Shown piece after piece: positions 24,706 to 38,239 of a stretch of 64,000 bases of DNA. Made by a program: the position numbers and the translations under genes. Origin of the DNA: Sminthopsis crassicaudata (lineage: Eukaryota); NCBI RefSeq assembly GCF_048593235.1, contig NC_133619.1:173118454-173182453 (forward strand), written 5' to 3'. How positions within the stretch are numbered: the stretch's first letter is position 1; every line of letters starts with the position of its first letter. The notes beneath the pieces were generated by a model. The model had not been told where the DNA came from. It ran no database searches and saw nothing but the letters and a program-made list of their open reading frames with translations.

Positions 24706-27700
24706 GAGGGGGGGGAAGAGTTAACAGTGGCAGTGGCCAAAGAAAACTGGGCATAAAAGCATTACAGTCAGCGTCAACATCTCTTTCCACTTCATAAAGG
24801 AAGGGGATATGAAGATTCTGTTACTCTGGTTCATTCATGTACTTCTGAGCCATTTACTCTTTCAGAAGTAAAAATTAATTTGCATGTATTTGGACAAATA
24901 AAATACTATTTTAAAAAAAAGGAAGCAAAGATTAGTTATGGAGAATGGAATTGGGGTGAGATCTTAGAGATATGGCCCACAAGACCCACATTAATGAAAT
25001 TCCCAGCAGTGGGAACGGGAGTTGCATGGACTCATACACAGTTCAGTGTGATAGTCCCTTTTCAGCCTGGTGCCTCCTGGAATCCAACAGGATGGGTTGA
25101 AATCATTAATATGTATTTCAGCCTATTCTGTCCTCCACCTTCCTCATCATATTATAGCCTAACAGAAATGTCTTTTATAAATAATAGTGTTTATGCTTCT
25201 TTCTCTAAACTGTTTCACTACAAAGCAGATGTTTGTCTACAAAAGTTGGCAAAACCACAGAACCTTCCTTTTGGTTACCATCCAATTTCATGGTACATTT
25301 GGCTGCCTTAGGGATGTTCTCAAGAGGCCAGTGCCCTTACTAGTATGGATAATCTCAAAAAAGAAAGACATGCTAGTAACAGAAACTGTATTGTACCATC
25401 TACTAGGTAAGAAATCTGGTTTCTGTCCAACATTACAAACAAACATTGATTTCCTTCCACATGTATACACATAATCCTTTCAAAGGACAAAGTGTACCAA
25501 CTTCATTTTCTGAACAGAGATTAAAATGACACAAGTTTCCCACTACATTAATTCACTGTATTTTACTATGAATTGAAAGCAAAGGGGCAATCAACCTGGA
25601 CATGAAGATAAATAATCAGGTTTTTACAGTGCGGTTTTGTTTTCTGAATTCCCAAAATAGCATAGATCCTGATATTTAAGAACAACTGTTCAGACACACA
25701 TGACCAGAAATGAAATTATAGCAAGAGTAAAGAAATGATGATACCAATAAAATATTACTACGTGAAAAAGTCCTTCGACATATTGAATATATTTTATGGT
25801 TGATTCATGAAAAGACATAGACAAAAATCACACAAGGCTGTAATCTGTACTGACACAAGGAATGCCCGCATCCATAAAATCCAAGTATCTGAGGGGAAAA
25901 AAAGAAAACTTTCCAATAAGTCAATCAGTGAATAATTAAATATCTACTAAATGTCAGGGACTGTGTTAGGTGCTAAAAATACAAGACAAAAAAAGGAATC
26001 AGAATCGGTGTTTTTGCTCAGGGAGCTTATATTCTAATGAGAAAGATGATATGTATATATAAGAATATATAAAATGCAGATAAAATAATTTCAATGTAAT
26101 TTGTGGAGGAAGAGCATGGTGAAAGTCATAAGGAGAAGGCTCCACAGGGGTGTTGCTTGTTGAAGGGGGGAAAGAAAAGCTTCTAGATATTTAGAGAGAG
26201 AAGGGAGCCAGGCATGAAGAACAAGTATAACAAAGGCAGATATAAAACAGGAGATAAAATATCACGTATAAATTGAGAAGGCCCTTTTGGCTGGCACATA
26301 AAAAGTATGGAGAGAGGAGTAATGTATAATAAAGCTGGGATGCTAAGTTAGAAAGGTCATGATGGATGTTAAATGCCAGGAAATTTTATATTTTATCCTA
26401 GAGGAAGTAGGGAGCCATGTAAGCTTAGTGAATAAGGGAATCAAAGCTGAGGTTAAGAAAAGATAAGGAGTGTATAAGTGATTTTAAAAACTAGTTATCA
26501 CTGGGATTTTTCACACATCTGCTTGAGTCTTACTAGCACAGACAGTTGAGAATTGACTATCTCTAGAATTCATTCTAAATGACATAAAAGAACACAAAGG
26601 AGGAAAACTCAAGCTCTTCTTCCCTTGATCTAGAGTAAAGTGAAAAAGAAGATGATGATGATAATAGGAGATGATGACAATAATGATAACTAACATTCAT
26701 AGTGTTTATGATGTGCCAGCCACTGTGCTAAGTGCTTTACGGTTATTATTTCATTCAATCCCCACACCAATCTTGGGAAGTAAGTGCCATTGTTATTCAT
26801 ATTTTACTGTTAAGGAAATGGAGGCAGAGAGAGCTCAAGTGATTTGTTCAAGGTCACACAGCTGTGATATACTGAGCTAGATTTGAACTCAGCTCTTCCT
26901 GACTCCAAACCCAGTGTTCTGCTATCTAAAAGAGGTAATTCTTAAATGTATATCTCCAAATTGCACCTTTTACCCTAACTTGAATCCAGCTGAGATTTGT
27001 ATCCCCCATCTTAGCCAAACTAAAATCTCCCCCACAAAACTAGATCCCTTTCCCAACTCCCCCCTTTTAATAAATAGAACCACCATTCTCTAAAGTACCA
27101 GGCTTGAAATTCAAAGAAACAGAATAGTATTTAAGAAGATTAAACTATCACTACTGCTTCATTCCTTTCTAGGAAGGACTCCTGACTCTTCACAGGACTT
27201 ATCTACCCTGCCACAGAAACCTCTTCACCCTGGAAGCTTATTCTGTTTGTGGAATACTCTCATACTGACCCTTTCCCTCAGTGACACAAAGGTCTATCTG
27301 TAATTCTGATGCTACACTGGTGACAGTGATATATATGATATGTGAATGATGGAGAGCCTTAGAAGAATCAAAATGTCAGTAGATCTATTTGGATTTTTAT
27401 ATTTATATTTTAAAATGAATTAAAATTAATTTCATTTATGATTAATTTTGATTTAAGAATTTCACACTATTCCCCAAAACCAATTAGGGACATCTTGAGT
27501 TATGTCCCCAAATCAGAATGAAAATCACTATTCTTAGTATATTGTATACAGTGAATGCTTGGTTTAACTATTGGATCTTTTATTTAGGTCACACTGCTCC
27601 TTAAAATTGCTACCATAGAAAGGATAATTTATCAAGTACATGCATCTAAATGGAACATACCAGCATCAGTTGTGCCCTAAGAACTCAATAATTGCATAGA

Positions 27701-28047
27701 AGATAAGGACAGGATATGCTGACAAGATTAGAGTAATGGATTATCTAAAAAGAGAGAGATTTAATCAACTATTTGTTTAGCAAGGATTCACCATGAAATA
27801 AAGAAAGGATGTGAATGTTCTTGCTATAAACATTTACATGATAGTTACATGGTGTAATAAAAATCCTAAAATAAACTATCCAAGCTTTTGTTGAATTCCC
27901 AGATTCTATGCTCAATATAAATTCCTCATCTTTAGGAGTTTATAGTTAAACAGAGAAACAATTAAAGACTAGATGGCAATTTACAATCCAGTTCTAAACT
28001 GGTCTGGACAGATAATAAGTAAGGTAGGAATTGAAAGAGGGCAGCTA

Positions 28048-28285
28048 GATAGAGCACTGTGCTTGGAATTAGGAAGACTCATCTTCCTGAATTCAAGTCT
28101 GACTTCTGATACTTTCTATCTGTATGACTCTTGACAAATCACTTAATCCTGTTTGCCTCAGTTTCTTCATCTGTAAAATGAGTTCTAGTAACTCTGCCAA
28201 GAAAGCCCCAAATGCTCATGGAGTGTTAGTATCTTTGCCAAGAAAATCCCAACTGGGCTCACAAAGAGTCGTACATAAAGGAAAA
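28048..28285 (+). mobile_element. MAR1-like CORE-SINE
   Basis: gggcagctag...gaagactcatcttcctgaattcaag...tcagtttcttcatctgtaaaatgag...tatctttgccaagaaaatccc...tcacaaagagtc. Confidence 0.75.
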
Positions 28286-29169
28286 ATAAGGAATAACAAA
28301 AATTGAAAGGGAAGGTTACTACAGATAGGCCAGGTCACAGAAGGATTCAGAAGAAAAAAATGGGATTTGAACTAAACTTTTAAGGATTGGGAAGATTTGG
28401 TTAGACAATGGGATTTTTGTCTTCTCTTCCTGTCAACCCACTGTTTCCATTTTTCATCAACAAATAAATGATATATTCAAGATCATATGAAATGTGGTTC
28501 AAAGTAATCATTCAGTTACAATTACTATTATAATGACTATTAAACACAGATCAGGGCTTTTTTTTTTCTTTCTTAAAAAAAGCTTCAATTGTTTTATTCT
28601 ATTCAAAGTAAAAAGTATTATTAGATGACTACATTTTCTTGATAGATAAAAAACAATAACAAAAAAAAAAAACAAACCCAAAACCAGTTCTGTCTTTATT
28701 TTTATATTCTACAGGAGGGGTACACACAAAAAAGTAAATAGTTATCTGAGAAGAGAGAAAACACTAACAAAGCAGTATCTAACACTTAGAATTACCTTGT
28801 ACATATTTTTGTTTAGTTACATATCTATGCCCAGTTTCCTCTACTATCTTGGGAATTCCTTGAATTAAACTCATTTTTATCTTAATACCTTAAGCTTAAT
28901 ACCAAAGCCTACAACAATGCATGACACACAAGTAGGTGCTTTGATGATTAACATCTATCAGCCTATCTTAGGTAGGAGTTAGTTTTGAGTTTAGCCTTGA
29001 AGAAGTTAGGGATTCCAAGAGGGAAAGGGAAGAGGAAGTCTATTCTGGGCATGTGGGACAGGCTGTACAAAGGTACTTTCACTGGGACATAGATTGTGTA
29101 AAAGGGAATGATAAGTAATAAATTTGGAAAGGCAAAGAATAAAGATCTAGAGAATGAAGAGATTTATTC

Positions 29170-29600
29170 TTTTTTAAAATAATATTTTATTTTTTTCTAA
29201 TTTCATGTAAAAATAGCTTTTAACATTCTCTTTTAAAAGAAATTTTGAGTTCCAAATTCCATTCTTCCCTTCCCTCCCCTCTCCCTAAGAAGGCAACTTT
29301 GAAGTTGTCAGATTTGAATTCAGGAAGATGAGTCTTCCTAATTCTAAGCACAGTGCTCTATCTAGCTGCCCTCTTTCAATTCCTACATACATGTGTTGCT
29401 ATATACATGTGTAATCACATAAAATACATTTCCATATTATTCATGTTGTGAAAAAAAGAGACCAAAAATAAATTTTAAAAAAACATCAAAAAATAAAATG
29501 AATAGTATGCTTGTATGTGCATTCGAATTTCATCAGTTCTTTTTCTGGAAGTGGGCAGCATTTTTCTTCAAGAGTCCTTTGGCATTGAGATTTATTCTTA
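29170..29600 (-). mobile_element. L1 3' tail with a nested SINE fragment
   Basis: ttttaaaataatattttatttttttctaatt...aaattttgagttccaaatt is the L1 tail in reverse. A SINE head fragment sits at ~29300-29375. Confidence 0.65.
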
Positions 29601-30444
29601 AAAATATATTCTACCTATCACATGAGGTTGTTAAAAAAATGAATAATAGTTTAAAAATTTGGCGAACTAGACTGGGCTTAGGAGAAAATAGTTTATACTC
29701 TATAAATAGAAAATAGTAACTAATATGCCTCTCAGAATGAATTAAACAGATGAAAATAATATTAACAATAACTATAATAATTCTAAAAAAAAACTGATCA
29801 CTTCATTTTTATAATGACCAATTTGAGCCGTGAATAAGAATTGGGAAACAATTCCTTTCCTTCTCTGAAGAAAAGTGGGGGGAACTATGAGCCTGAAATA
29901 GGATATATTGTCTGAAATGGTCTACCATGGGCAACTAGTTGATTTTGCTGAAATGCTTCCTTTCACCTTTCTTTATCCTTTAAAAATCTCACTTGCAAAG
30001 ACAGGCTCACTATATAGAGGACTGAAATAAAGGCAATATCAAAAGAAAATCTATCAAAATTAAACAAAATTTAAAATAAAGATGGATATATAAAATGACT
30101 TAGAAATCTGATGGTGGCAATTTCACCAAAAGCCACCAGTATGACAATAGAGCTTATAAAAAGCTATTAGGATGACAACAGGGCTAAAATCATCTTTTTT
30201 AAAATTGGATTTCAAAATAATTTTAAATATTAAAAATTCCTATCTCCAGAGAAAGAACTAATAGAATCTGAATGCTGCTCAAAAAAACTATTTTATATTT
30301 GTTACACTTAGTATAAGTTGCTGTTTTAGATGCTCTGGAAGAAACAAGAGATACACGGAAGTAAAAGTAAAATACTAAAAATTTTGATAAAAAACAGATT
30401 TACTTTACTTCCCATAAAAAGATCAGCTACTGGGTTGTTTGGTT

Positions 30445-30478
30445 GTTTTTTGTTTGTTTGTTTGTTTGTTTTGTTTTG
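30445..30478 (+). repeat. (GTTT)n microsatellite
   Basis: Directly visible. Confidence 0.85.
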
Positions 30479-32039
30479 AGATAAATAAATGCTTCTTATT
30501 TTATTGTTAAAAATTCCATAGATGTTGCAAAAAAAACAAAAACAAAAACAAACCAGCTTAAATACATCAGTATACTCCACATGTTAAACATATGATTATA
30601 GCAGTTTAACCTCCAGAAACCAGCTAATATCCTTATATTTTACTATTACCTTCTTAACTATTAAGTTACTTTTTCTTGCCATGGAAGTCACCTTGTTTCT
30701 TTGAAGGTTGTGCCAGGGTGTGTAAACTCTGCGAAGCCCCTTCAAAGTCAATTCCTAAGTTCCTGTCTCATTTCCAGCTGCCTATTAAACACCTTGGATG
30801 CCCAATACACATTTTAAATTCAACATGTCTAAATCTGAATTTGTCTTCCTGTCCTCCCTTATTCCTAAGTCTCCTATTACTCTAGAAAAGTACCATAGTT
30901 AGCCAGGCTCCCCACTTTTATTTCTTGCCTTCTAACTCTTGGATACCAGCCTCCCATACACACATACTCCCAAAATATCCATTCTGTTAAATGCTGATGG
31001 CCTTATCTTCACAATATCTCTTGTATGCATTTCCTTTCCTTCTCTGACCCTGCCACAGTTATTGTGTAGGCCCTACCACTTATGCTAGAACTATTGCAAA
31101 AGCCACTTCTTGGAGCCCCAGGTGATAGCTGAGTGCCAGGGCGATGGCCAAAGGTAAATAAGCAGCCCTGAAAAGAGCTTGGGAAGCCCTCATACCAGAG
31201 ATGCTAATCTTCCTTGAATATTCCATCCATCCAATGTACCTGATCTTCTTTTGAAGATCAGATGAAATAACCATATATAATATTCTTTGTAAATCTTAAA
31301 GGGTCATATGTCAGTTATTACTTTTTCTTTCTCTTTGGGAAAATGTATCTGGCATTTCATGCAACTAATTAACATGAAATTTTGCAAAACATTTCATTCA
31401 ATAGCAAGAAACTACTTGTAATGAGATGATTTTTTCTTGACAACAAAGTTTAACCTTTTAGTTTCTTCCTATAAAATTTCTATCCATGCACCCACTCTTT
31501 TATTTTTTAAATTATTTATTTTTAACATTCTTTTTGAATTTTGAGTTCAAAATCTTTCCCCCTTCTACTCAATGAGAAGAAAAGCACTATATATCAATTA
31601 TATAGGTGAAATCATAAAAAATTTTCATATTAGCCATATTGATGATAAGAGTAATAATGTCTAAAATTCATATAAGTGCCTTAAAATTTGTCTGCCAAGC
31701 TCTTTATTTATCTCGCAGGATCCTCAAAACAATCCTGAATAATGCAGGTACTATACTTAATCATGTTAAGAATTTTACAATAAAATCTGCTGTGAATAAA
31801 GTATCTAGGAACAATTAAAAGTTGACTATTTATAAAATATCAGTATAGCATAGTCTCACTAAGAGAGAAAATTACTAACTCTGTGACCCTGGGTAAATCA
31901 CTTAACCTTGTCTGCCTCAGTTTCCTCATCTGTAAAATTACCTGAAGAAGGAAATAACAAACTACTGTAGTATCTTTGCCAATAAAACCCTAAGAGGAGT
32001 CACAGAGAATCAGACATGACTGAACAGGCTAAGATGATT

Positions 32040-32720
32040 GAAAGAGATAATGATAAATGTTAAAGGGCATGTGAGAAAACTGGGACTCTAATGCTTGGTT
32101 GGTGGAATTGTGAAATGATCCAATCATACCAGAGAGCAAATTGGAATGCCTAAAAGACTAAAAAACTGCATATCCTTTGACCCAGCAGTGTCACTACTGG
32201 GTCTGTATCCCAAGGAAATCATAAAGGAGGGAATAGGACCCACATGTACAAAAATTTTGTAGCAGCTCTTATTTGTAGTAGCAAAGAATTGGAAAGTGAG
32301 TAGATGCCCATTAATTAGGGAATGGCTGAATAAATTGTAGTATATGAAGGTAATGGAATATTATTGTGCTATAAAAAGTGATGAACAAGCTGATTTTAGA
32401 AAGGTCTGGGAAGATTTACATGAGTGGATGATGAGCAAAACAAGCAGAACCAGGAACTGTACACAATAACAGCAAGAATGTACAATGTGTGATAGACTTG
32501 GTTCTTCTTGGTGATTCAGTGATCCAAAGCAATCCCAATAAACTTTGGATAGAAAATGCCATCTGCATCCAGAAAAAGAAATATGGAAATTGAATGTAAA
32601 TCAACACAAGCTATGTTCACTTTTTTTTCCCCTGTTTTTTTTTCCTTTTGTTCTGATTTTTCTCCCCCAATATGATTCATAAAGAAATGTGTATTACAAT
32701 TTTTTAAGCTTTAAAAAAAA
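32040..32720 (+). mobile_element. L1 ORF2 end and 3' UTR
   Basis: gggactctaatgc...tggtggaattgtgaaatgatccaatcat...tttgacccagcagtgtcactactgggtctgtatcccaagga..., ending A-rich. Confidence 0.85.
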
Positions 32721-33339
32721 GAAGAAAGAAAAATGACTGAATGAATGTAAACATATATAAAGAAGATATGATTTTAGAGGTGAAGGGATAAAATTAGCAA
32801 CTAGGGCATTAGTTTAAGTGTCATGTAAGAGGTGATACTTGTGATGTGTTTTGAACGTGATTAGAGATTTCAAGAAGGAAGAAAGGATACATGGGGGATA
32901 GATGTGTAAAGGAGAAAAGAGGAATGTTGTATAAATGGAGCAGCAAGGATGCTAATTTGGCTGGAATGTAGATGTAATAATATACAACTGATCTGGAAAG
33001 AAAGGGTTAGAACCAGATTGTAAATGCCAAATAGATGAATTTATAGTTTATCCTATAAGCAATATGAAGTCCCTGAGGCTTCTGAGCAAAGGAGGGTCAT
33101 AGCCGTATCTGCAGTTTAAAAATGTCAATTTAGTTGCTATGTGGAGAATGGAAAATATTATTCATCCCTGTTTCCTCACATACACGTACCAGAACTAGGA
33201 TTACTGGATAATATTTGTGTATATACTTATTTGTAGATGTATATGACAATAACAACAACTATTGACACATCAATTGATAAGTTAGAGAGTAGAGAAAGAA
33301 GGGTAACAGGATGTGAAGGGCCTTGAGTTCAAGCCATAG

Positions 33340-34310
33340 GAGTATTTGTTGAAAGAAATAAGTTGTTTAATCTGGAGAATAAATTTATGGGAATGTGATA
33401 GCTACCTGAAGGGCCAATGTATGGAAGCATGATTCTAGACTAGCTTTATATGGCCCCAGAAGGCAGAATCAGAAACATTGCTATTGATCCTTGGTTCTCA
33501 AAAAGGACCAGTGATATTAGAAGGGTGATGTCTTGACTTGAAAGTGAACTAAATTTAAGTGAGGTAGGGTCTATGCAAAGTTATCAGCTTCATTTAATTA
33601 GTAGAAGCTACAAAGAAGCAAATTTAAGCTTGATATCAGGAAAAATTTCCTAACAGTTATCAATGTCTAAAAGTAGATTGAGCTATCTTTGAAAATAATA
33701 GATGAGGAAAAGGAAAGGGAAGCTTGGCAAGAGAGTCTGGATAAGTCATCCCACTCATTTAAAGATAGAATGGATAAAAAAATCAAATCCTTGAAAAACA
33801 AAATTACTGAGTTGGAAAAAGAAAATAGCTCTTTAAAAAATAAAATTGGTGAAATGGAAAAAAACTCCATAGAACAAAACAACTCACTTAAAAACTCACT
33901 TGGACAATTAGAAAAAGATATAAAAAAAAGTGAGTGAAGAAAACATTTCATTGAAAATCAGAATCGAACAAATAGAATTGAATGACTCAAGGAGACACCA
34001 AGAATCAGTTAAGCAAAACCAAAAAAATGAAACAATGGAAAAAAATGTCAAATACCTTCTTGGGAAGACAACAGACCTGGAAAATAGATCCAGGAGAGAC
34101 AATCTGAGAATTATTGGACTCCCTGAAAAATATGATGAAAAAAAGAGCCTGGACACTATTTTCCAGGAAACTATCAAAGAGAACTGCCCGAATGTTTTAG
34201 AAACAGAGGGTAAAATAGACATTGAAAGAATTTATTGAAAATAATAGGTGATCCATTCTTTGGAGACTTTCTAGCAAAGACTGTCTGCTAAGTTGTAGGA
34301 GAGATTCTTT
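33340..34310 (+). mobile_element. CR1/L3 3' relic interrupted by a SINE (~33490-33600) and an L1 ORF1 fragment (33702-34234)
   Basis: CR1 motifs on both sides (tttaatctggagaa..., atcaggaaaaatttcctaacag... and ...ctttggagacttt...gttgtaggagagattc) rejoin across the inserts. Confidence 0.65.
33702..34234 (+). mobile_element. Recent internal L1 ORF1 fragment (coiled coil plus start of the RRM), with a TSD and no poly(A)
   Basis: ORFs 33689..33937 and 33930..34238 give ...LENRSRRDNLRIIGLPE...ENCPNVLE.EGKIDIERI, typical of L1 ORF1p. One extra A in an A8 run shifts the frame. Direct repeat ttgaaaataatag at 33689-33701 and 34235-34247. Confidence 0.9.
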
Positions 34311-36639
34311 TTCTTTTTTTCCTCAATAGTATTTTATTTTTCCAATTACATATAAAGAAAATACTATGCTTCAATACTCATTCTGTCTCCATAGCTTTCT
34401 CTGGATGCAGATGACATTTTCCAGGGAGAGTCTTTTTCAACTTCAGGTTGACCTGTATGGCCTTAGAGGATCTTTTCACCTATAAAATTTTATAATTCTG
34501 TCACTTTTTAGTTCATATAGCTCTGAGCTAATAGAATAGAAACAGATGAATAAAAAATTTCATGATACAAGAAAAAAAAATTATTTGATAGGTTTAATCT
34601 GCTAAAGAGTTCTCCTGCCCTCAAAGTGGTGATTTATTCACCTATTAATCATATTAATGAATTCACACTTATACTCAGCAAATTCTGAGGCTGAGTGAAT
34701 TTGAAAAGGTGAGACATCCTGAATAAATTGATACAGCATGAATGATGATGAATAAGCCATATTGTCAGTTGAATTGCAATTAATATGAAATTATAATAAC
34801 TTTAAAATGTGCACTTTTATGAAAAACAGTCTGCTGATCACCAGACGATATTGCGTGTGCATAGAAATAAATCTTAGGGGAAAATATTGTGTCCACATAA
34901 AAGAGCTAAAAAGTCATAGTATTTCTACCCAAAAAACTACCCACACAGTATAAATCAGACTGTGGAGAGAATATAAAATATGTAATTTTAATCTTATGAC
35001 AATTTGCTTTCAACTTAGGCTGTATATATCCCTTCCAAAGTAATCAGCTTGTGTCTCCCCTTAGTGACAGATAATAAGCTCTCTCCAATATAGAAGAAAA
35101 GATTCTTTTCCAACACCTCCTGCATTCTCCTCCCCCGCAGTCCTTTCCATCCCATACTCAGGAAAAGAAAGGAGCTGGTTTTTGTTCCAGGATCCACATT
35201 GCTGGATGCATACCACAATATAGCACATATTTAAAAACACTACCACTTGTGACAACAAAACCAGCTTAAATCTCTCCTCTTCTGCCTTTTGCACCAATTT
35301 TATGCTTGCCTATTCTCAAAAATAGGTACGTGAGGGGTGGGAGGTAGGGAATAAGGAGTGTGTGTGAAACAGACTGTGGCCATCCAATGTCAGAGATAAC
35401 ACCTGTCATTGTGGATTGTGTCCCCCAGAGATGTGTAAACAGAACAGAGAATGAACCTACTCTACCTTCCCAGGGCCCAATAAAACTGTCCCTAGATGCT
35501 GTCTGCATAATGAAGGAAGAATCAGGTTTAACCAGATTTTCAGGTCACTCATATCCCCTTAACAAATTCCTGCTCCAGGTCTGAATGGGATATCCAGATA
35601 GATAATCAAACAGGAGGGCTTCCAGAGTTCAATGCTTTAGTAATGGGGCACTGCTGTGTGCTTCCTGTTTCAAAATTCTTTCTCTGCTTGTGGCCTAGGA
35701 AAGTAAACAAATCATATTTGACCTGAAAATGTGGCAGAGGCTGCACTTTTCTCCTTGAATCCTTTTCAGAGAAGCTTGAGGGAACTGAGCCTTGGCTTAA
35801 CCACACTGATTAATTGTGAAAGTCAGAGAATTCGAAGAATTATTTCTATCAGAGAAGTTGTAAGTAAAACCCTGGAGGTCCAAAGGAAGATGGAAATTAA
35901 GTTAAGCACCTAGTAATATTGTTTTTTTTTTTTTAATAGATAGGCAAGAAGTGGTCACTAAGGGAGTGACCAAGATGGCACAGGAAGAGGAAACAGCACA
36001 GCCTCCTCTCAATAATCATATTTATTGCACATATTTAATCTATAGCAGATTGCTTGCTTTCTTGGGGAAAGGAGATGATGGAGGGAGGGAGAAAAATTTA
36101 GAACACAAAAGTTTACAAAAATGAATGTTAAAAACTATCTTTACATGTATTTGGAAAAATAAAATATTATTGAAATTTTTTTTTAAAATAACCCCCATAA
36201 ATATCTAAGTAGAGATCAGACCCAAGTGATTAGGAAAGCCAACGGGGAAAAAGTTAAGTCAGTTTTCTAGCACAGGAGCTAACTAGGAAGTGTATCTGAC
36301 TCAAGAACTGATAACTAAGATTCAGAAGACTTGGAGCTAGAACTCAGCCAGACCTTAGGCTGTATTCCGGGCAAGGAGTGGCCATAGATCGTCCTATGTA
36401 TCTTGCAGGGTACAGAAACAGGAGTTAGCCAACAGTAGTGCCTCTGTGAACTCAACACTGGTTTGGAAACATAATGTGGGCTTAAGAAGCAACCTGCAGC
36501 TAAGTGTGGGACTGACCTGCAACTGTATTTTAGAGCAAAGAGAAGTCACTTATCTAGGGGGTACATCTCTGTCCTGAGGCTGTGGACTGGGCTGGGATCA
36601 GGAACAGAATCAAAAAATAACCCTATGGCAATAACCCCA

Positions 36640-36928
36640 GAGAGAAGCTCGCATTCGGACCCAGCCCACTCTGAGGAATTGCCTTGCTTGAAACACTGAA
36701 TGGGTGGTTGTCTCTGCCAAACTGAGACCTTATTAAAAAGGTCTTTATTCCAGGCCATCTCCAGTCATCCTGATCTATACCTGACAACTGGACCCAATTA
36801 ATTTCAAAGGAGAAAGTGAGGCAGATGACCTCACACAGCCCTCCCTCATTTAAATCCAATTCACTTGCATCTTATGGCATCACCTCCCTGATGTCATGGT
36901 CCCTTTTGAGAACAAAGGACAAACAACA
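36640..36928 (-). mobile_element. MdoRep1/WALLSI4-like marsupial SINE
   Basis: aggccatctccagtcatcctgatctat...aaatccaattcacttgc...catcacctccctgatgtcatggtcc...gagaacaaaggacaaacaaca. The same family appears in the opposite orientation at 50650-50880. Confidence 0.7.
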
Positions 36929-37678
36929 GAGCGACTAGGGTAGGGAGCTCAAACTAAAAAGGAACAAGCAGTTCTGTTGTTTCAAACCTGAAGATGCTGG
37001 CAGCTAGATGACAGAAGTTGTGGCTTGCTCCAGCCAGAGGCAAACCTTTAGTTGTGTCATCCAAACCTAAATTAGGAGTTGCAAAATGGTCATTTTTCAT
37101 TTTAGAACAGAATGCTGTAATCTTTGAAGATCACAATACTCAATACCTTGAGAAAGCAGCAGCAGTACCCAGAAACCTAGAACAGGACTTAAAAAGGCCC
37201 TGACATTCCCTCCAGACGTGTACAAAACTTGGCCCTAATCCAAAACCCTAATTCAGAAAGTAAGACTGGAATAAAAAAAAAAAAATGACAACAAGAATAA
37301 CAAGAAGAGTCCTATGATAAAGAGCTATTATGGTGCTGGATACTCAAAACACAAACCTGAATGAAGAAAATAATTTTAAAACATCTACCAGCAAAATCTG
37401 ATAGAAAACTACAACCCAGTTGCAAGGTCAATTAGAATTACTGAAAGGAAGAAAGCAAGAATTTTTTTTTTAAAGTTTTAAAATGTTACAAATGAAAAGG
37501 CAATGCTAAAGGCAAGACCTGGAAAAGAAATGAGTTTTGGAGGAAATATTTGAAAAAAATTAACAGTTTAGTACAAGATGTATAAAACCATAGCAAACAA
37601 GAGAATCCCTGAAAACTAGAATATACCAAAGAGAAGTTAACAAATCCAAGATATAAAAAAAAAATTAAAACAAACTAT

Positions 37679-38239
37679 TGAGGAGACTAAAATTGATCCT
37701 ATATAATTTTTTATGGATCCTATTTACATTTAATTATTTTTTCCTGTAATTGTCTGTCATAGTTTTTTGTTTCTGAATTTAATTCAGAATTCAGCTGGTT
37801 TATAATAGATTAAGTTTAAAAATCTAGTTCTCTTCCTAATCATTGTTCTATCCTTGCCTCAAAGAATTTAGCTAACTTCGAAAGAAGTCTGGACCACCAT
37901 CTTGCAAATGGACTCAAACAATGAACATTTCTTAGTCACAAGAGAGGAAAGGGATTGTTTCTAACACCCATTTCCAACTACCAACCAATTATATTGTTCC
38001 CCAGGTTTTAGCTAATGTAAACCATCATGTTATCTTTATTTCTTATTGTGCTCTTTATTCTGTGCTCCCCAAAAACTTACAAAAAAGGAGGTGTCATTTT
38101 GCTCAGGGTCTTTAGCTGGAAACCAAAACAGTCATTGATTCATCTTATTCTCAGGTTACCAGCTCTGATAACAAAAAATGATCTTGCTCAGAGAAATATG
38201 CTCCAGTTTTTGTTGTTGTTGAGCTTTTAATTTGTGTCA
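37679..38239 (+). mobile_element. Probable solo LTR inserted in L1 ORF1
   Basis: Abrupt switch from A-rich L1 to unrelated sequence and back. TG...CA termini (tga.../...tca) with an imperfect 4-bp TSD, ctat/atat. Confidence 0.5.
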
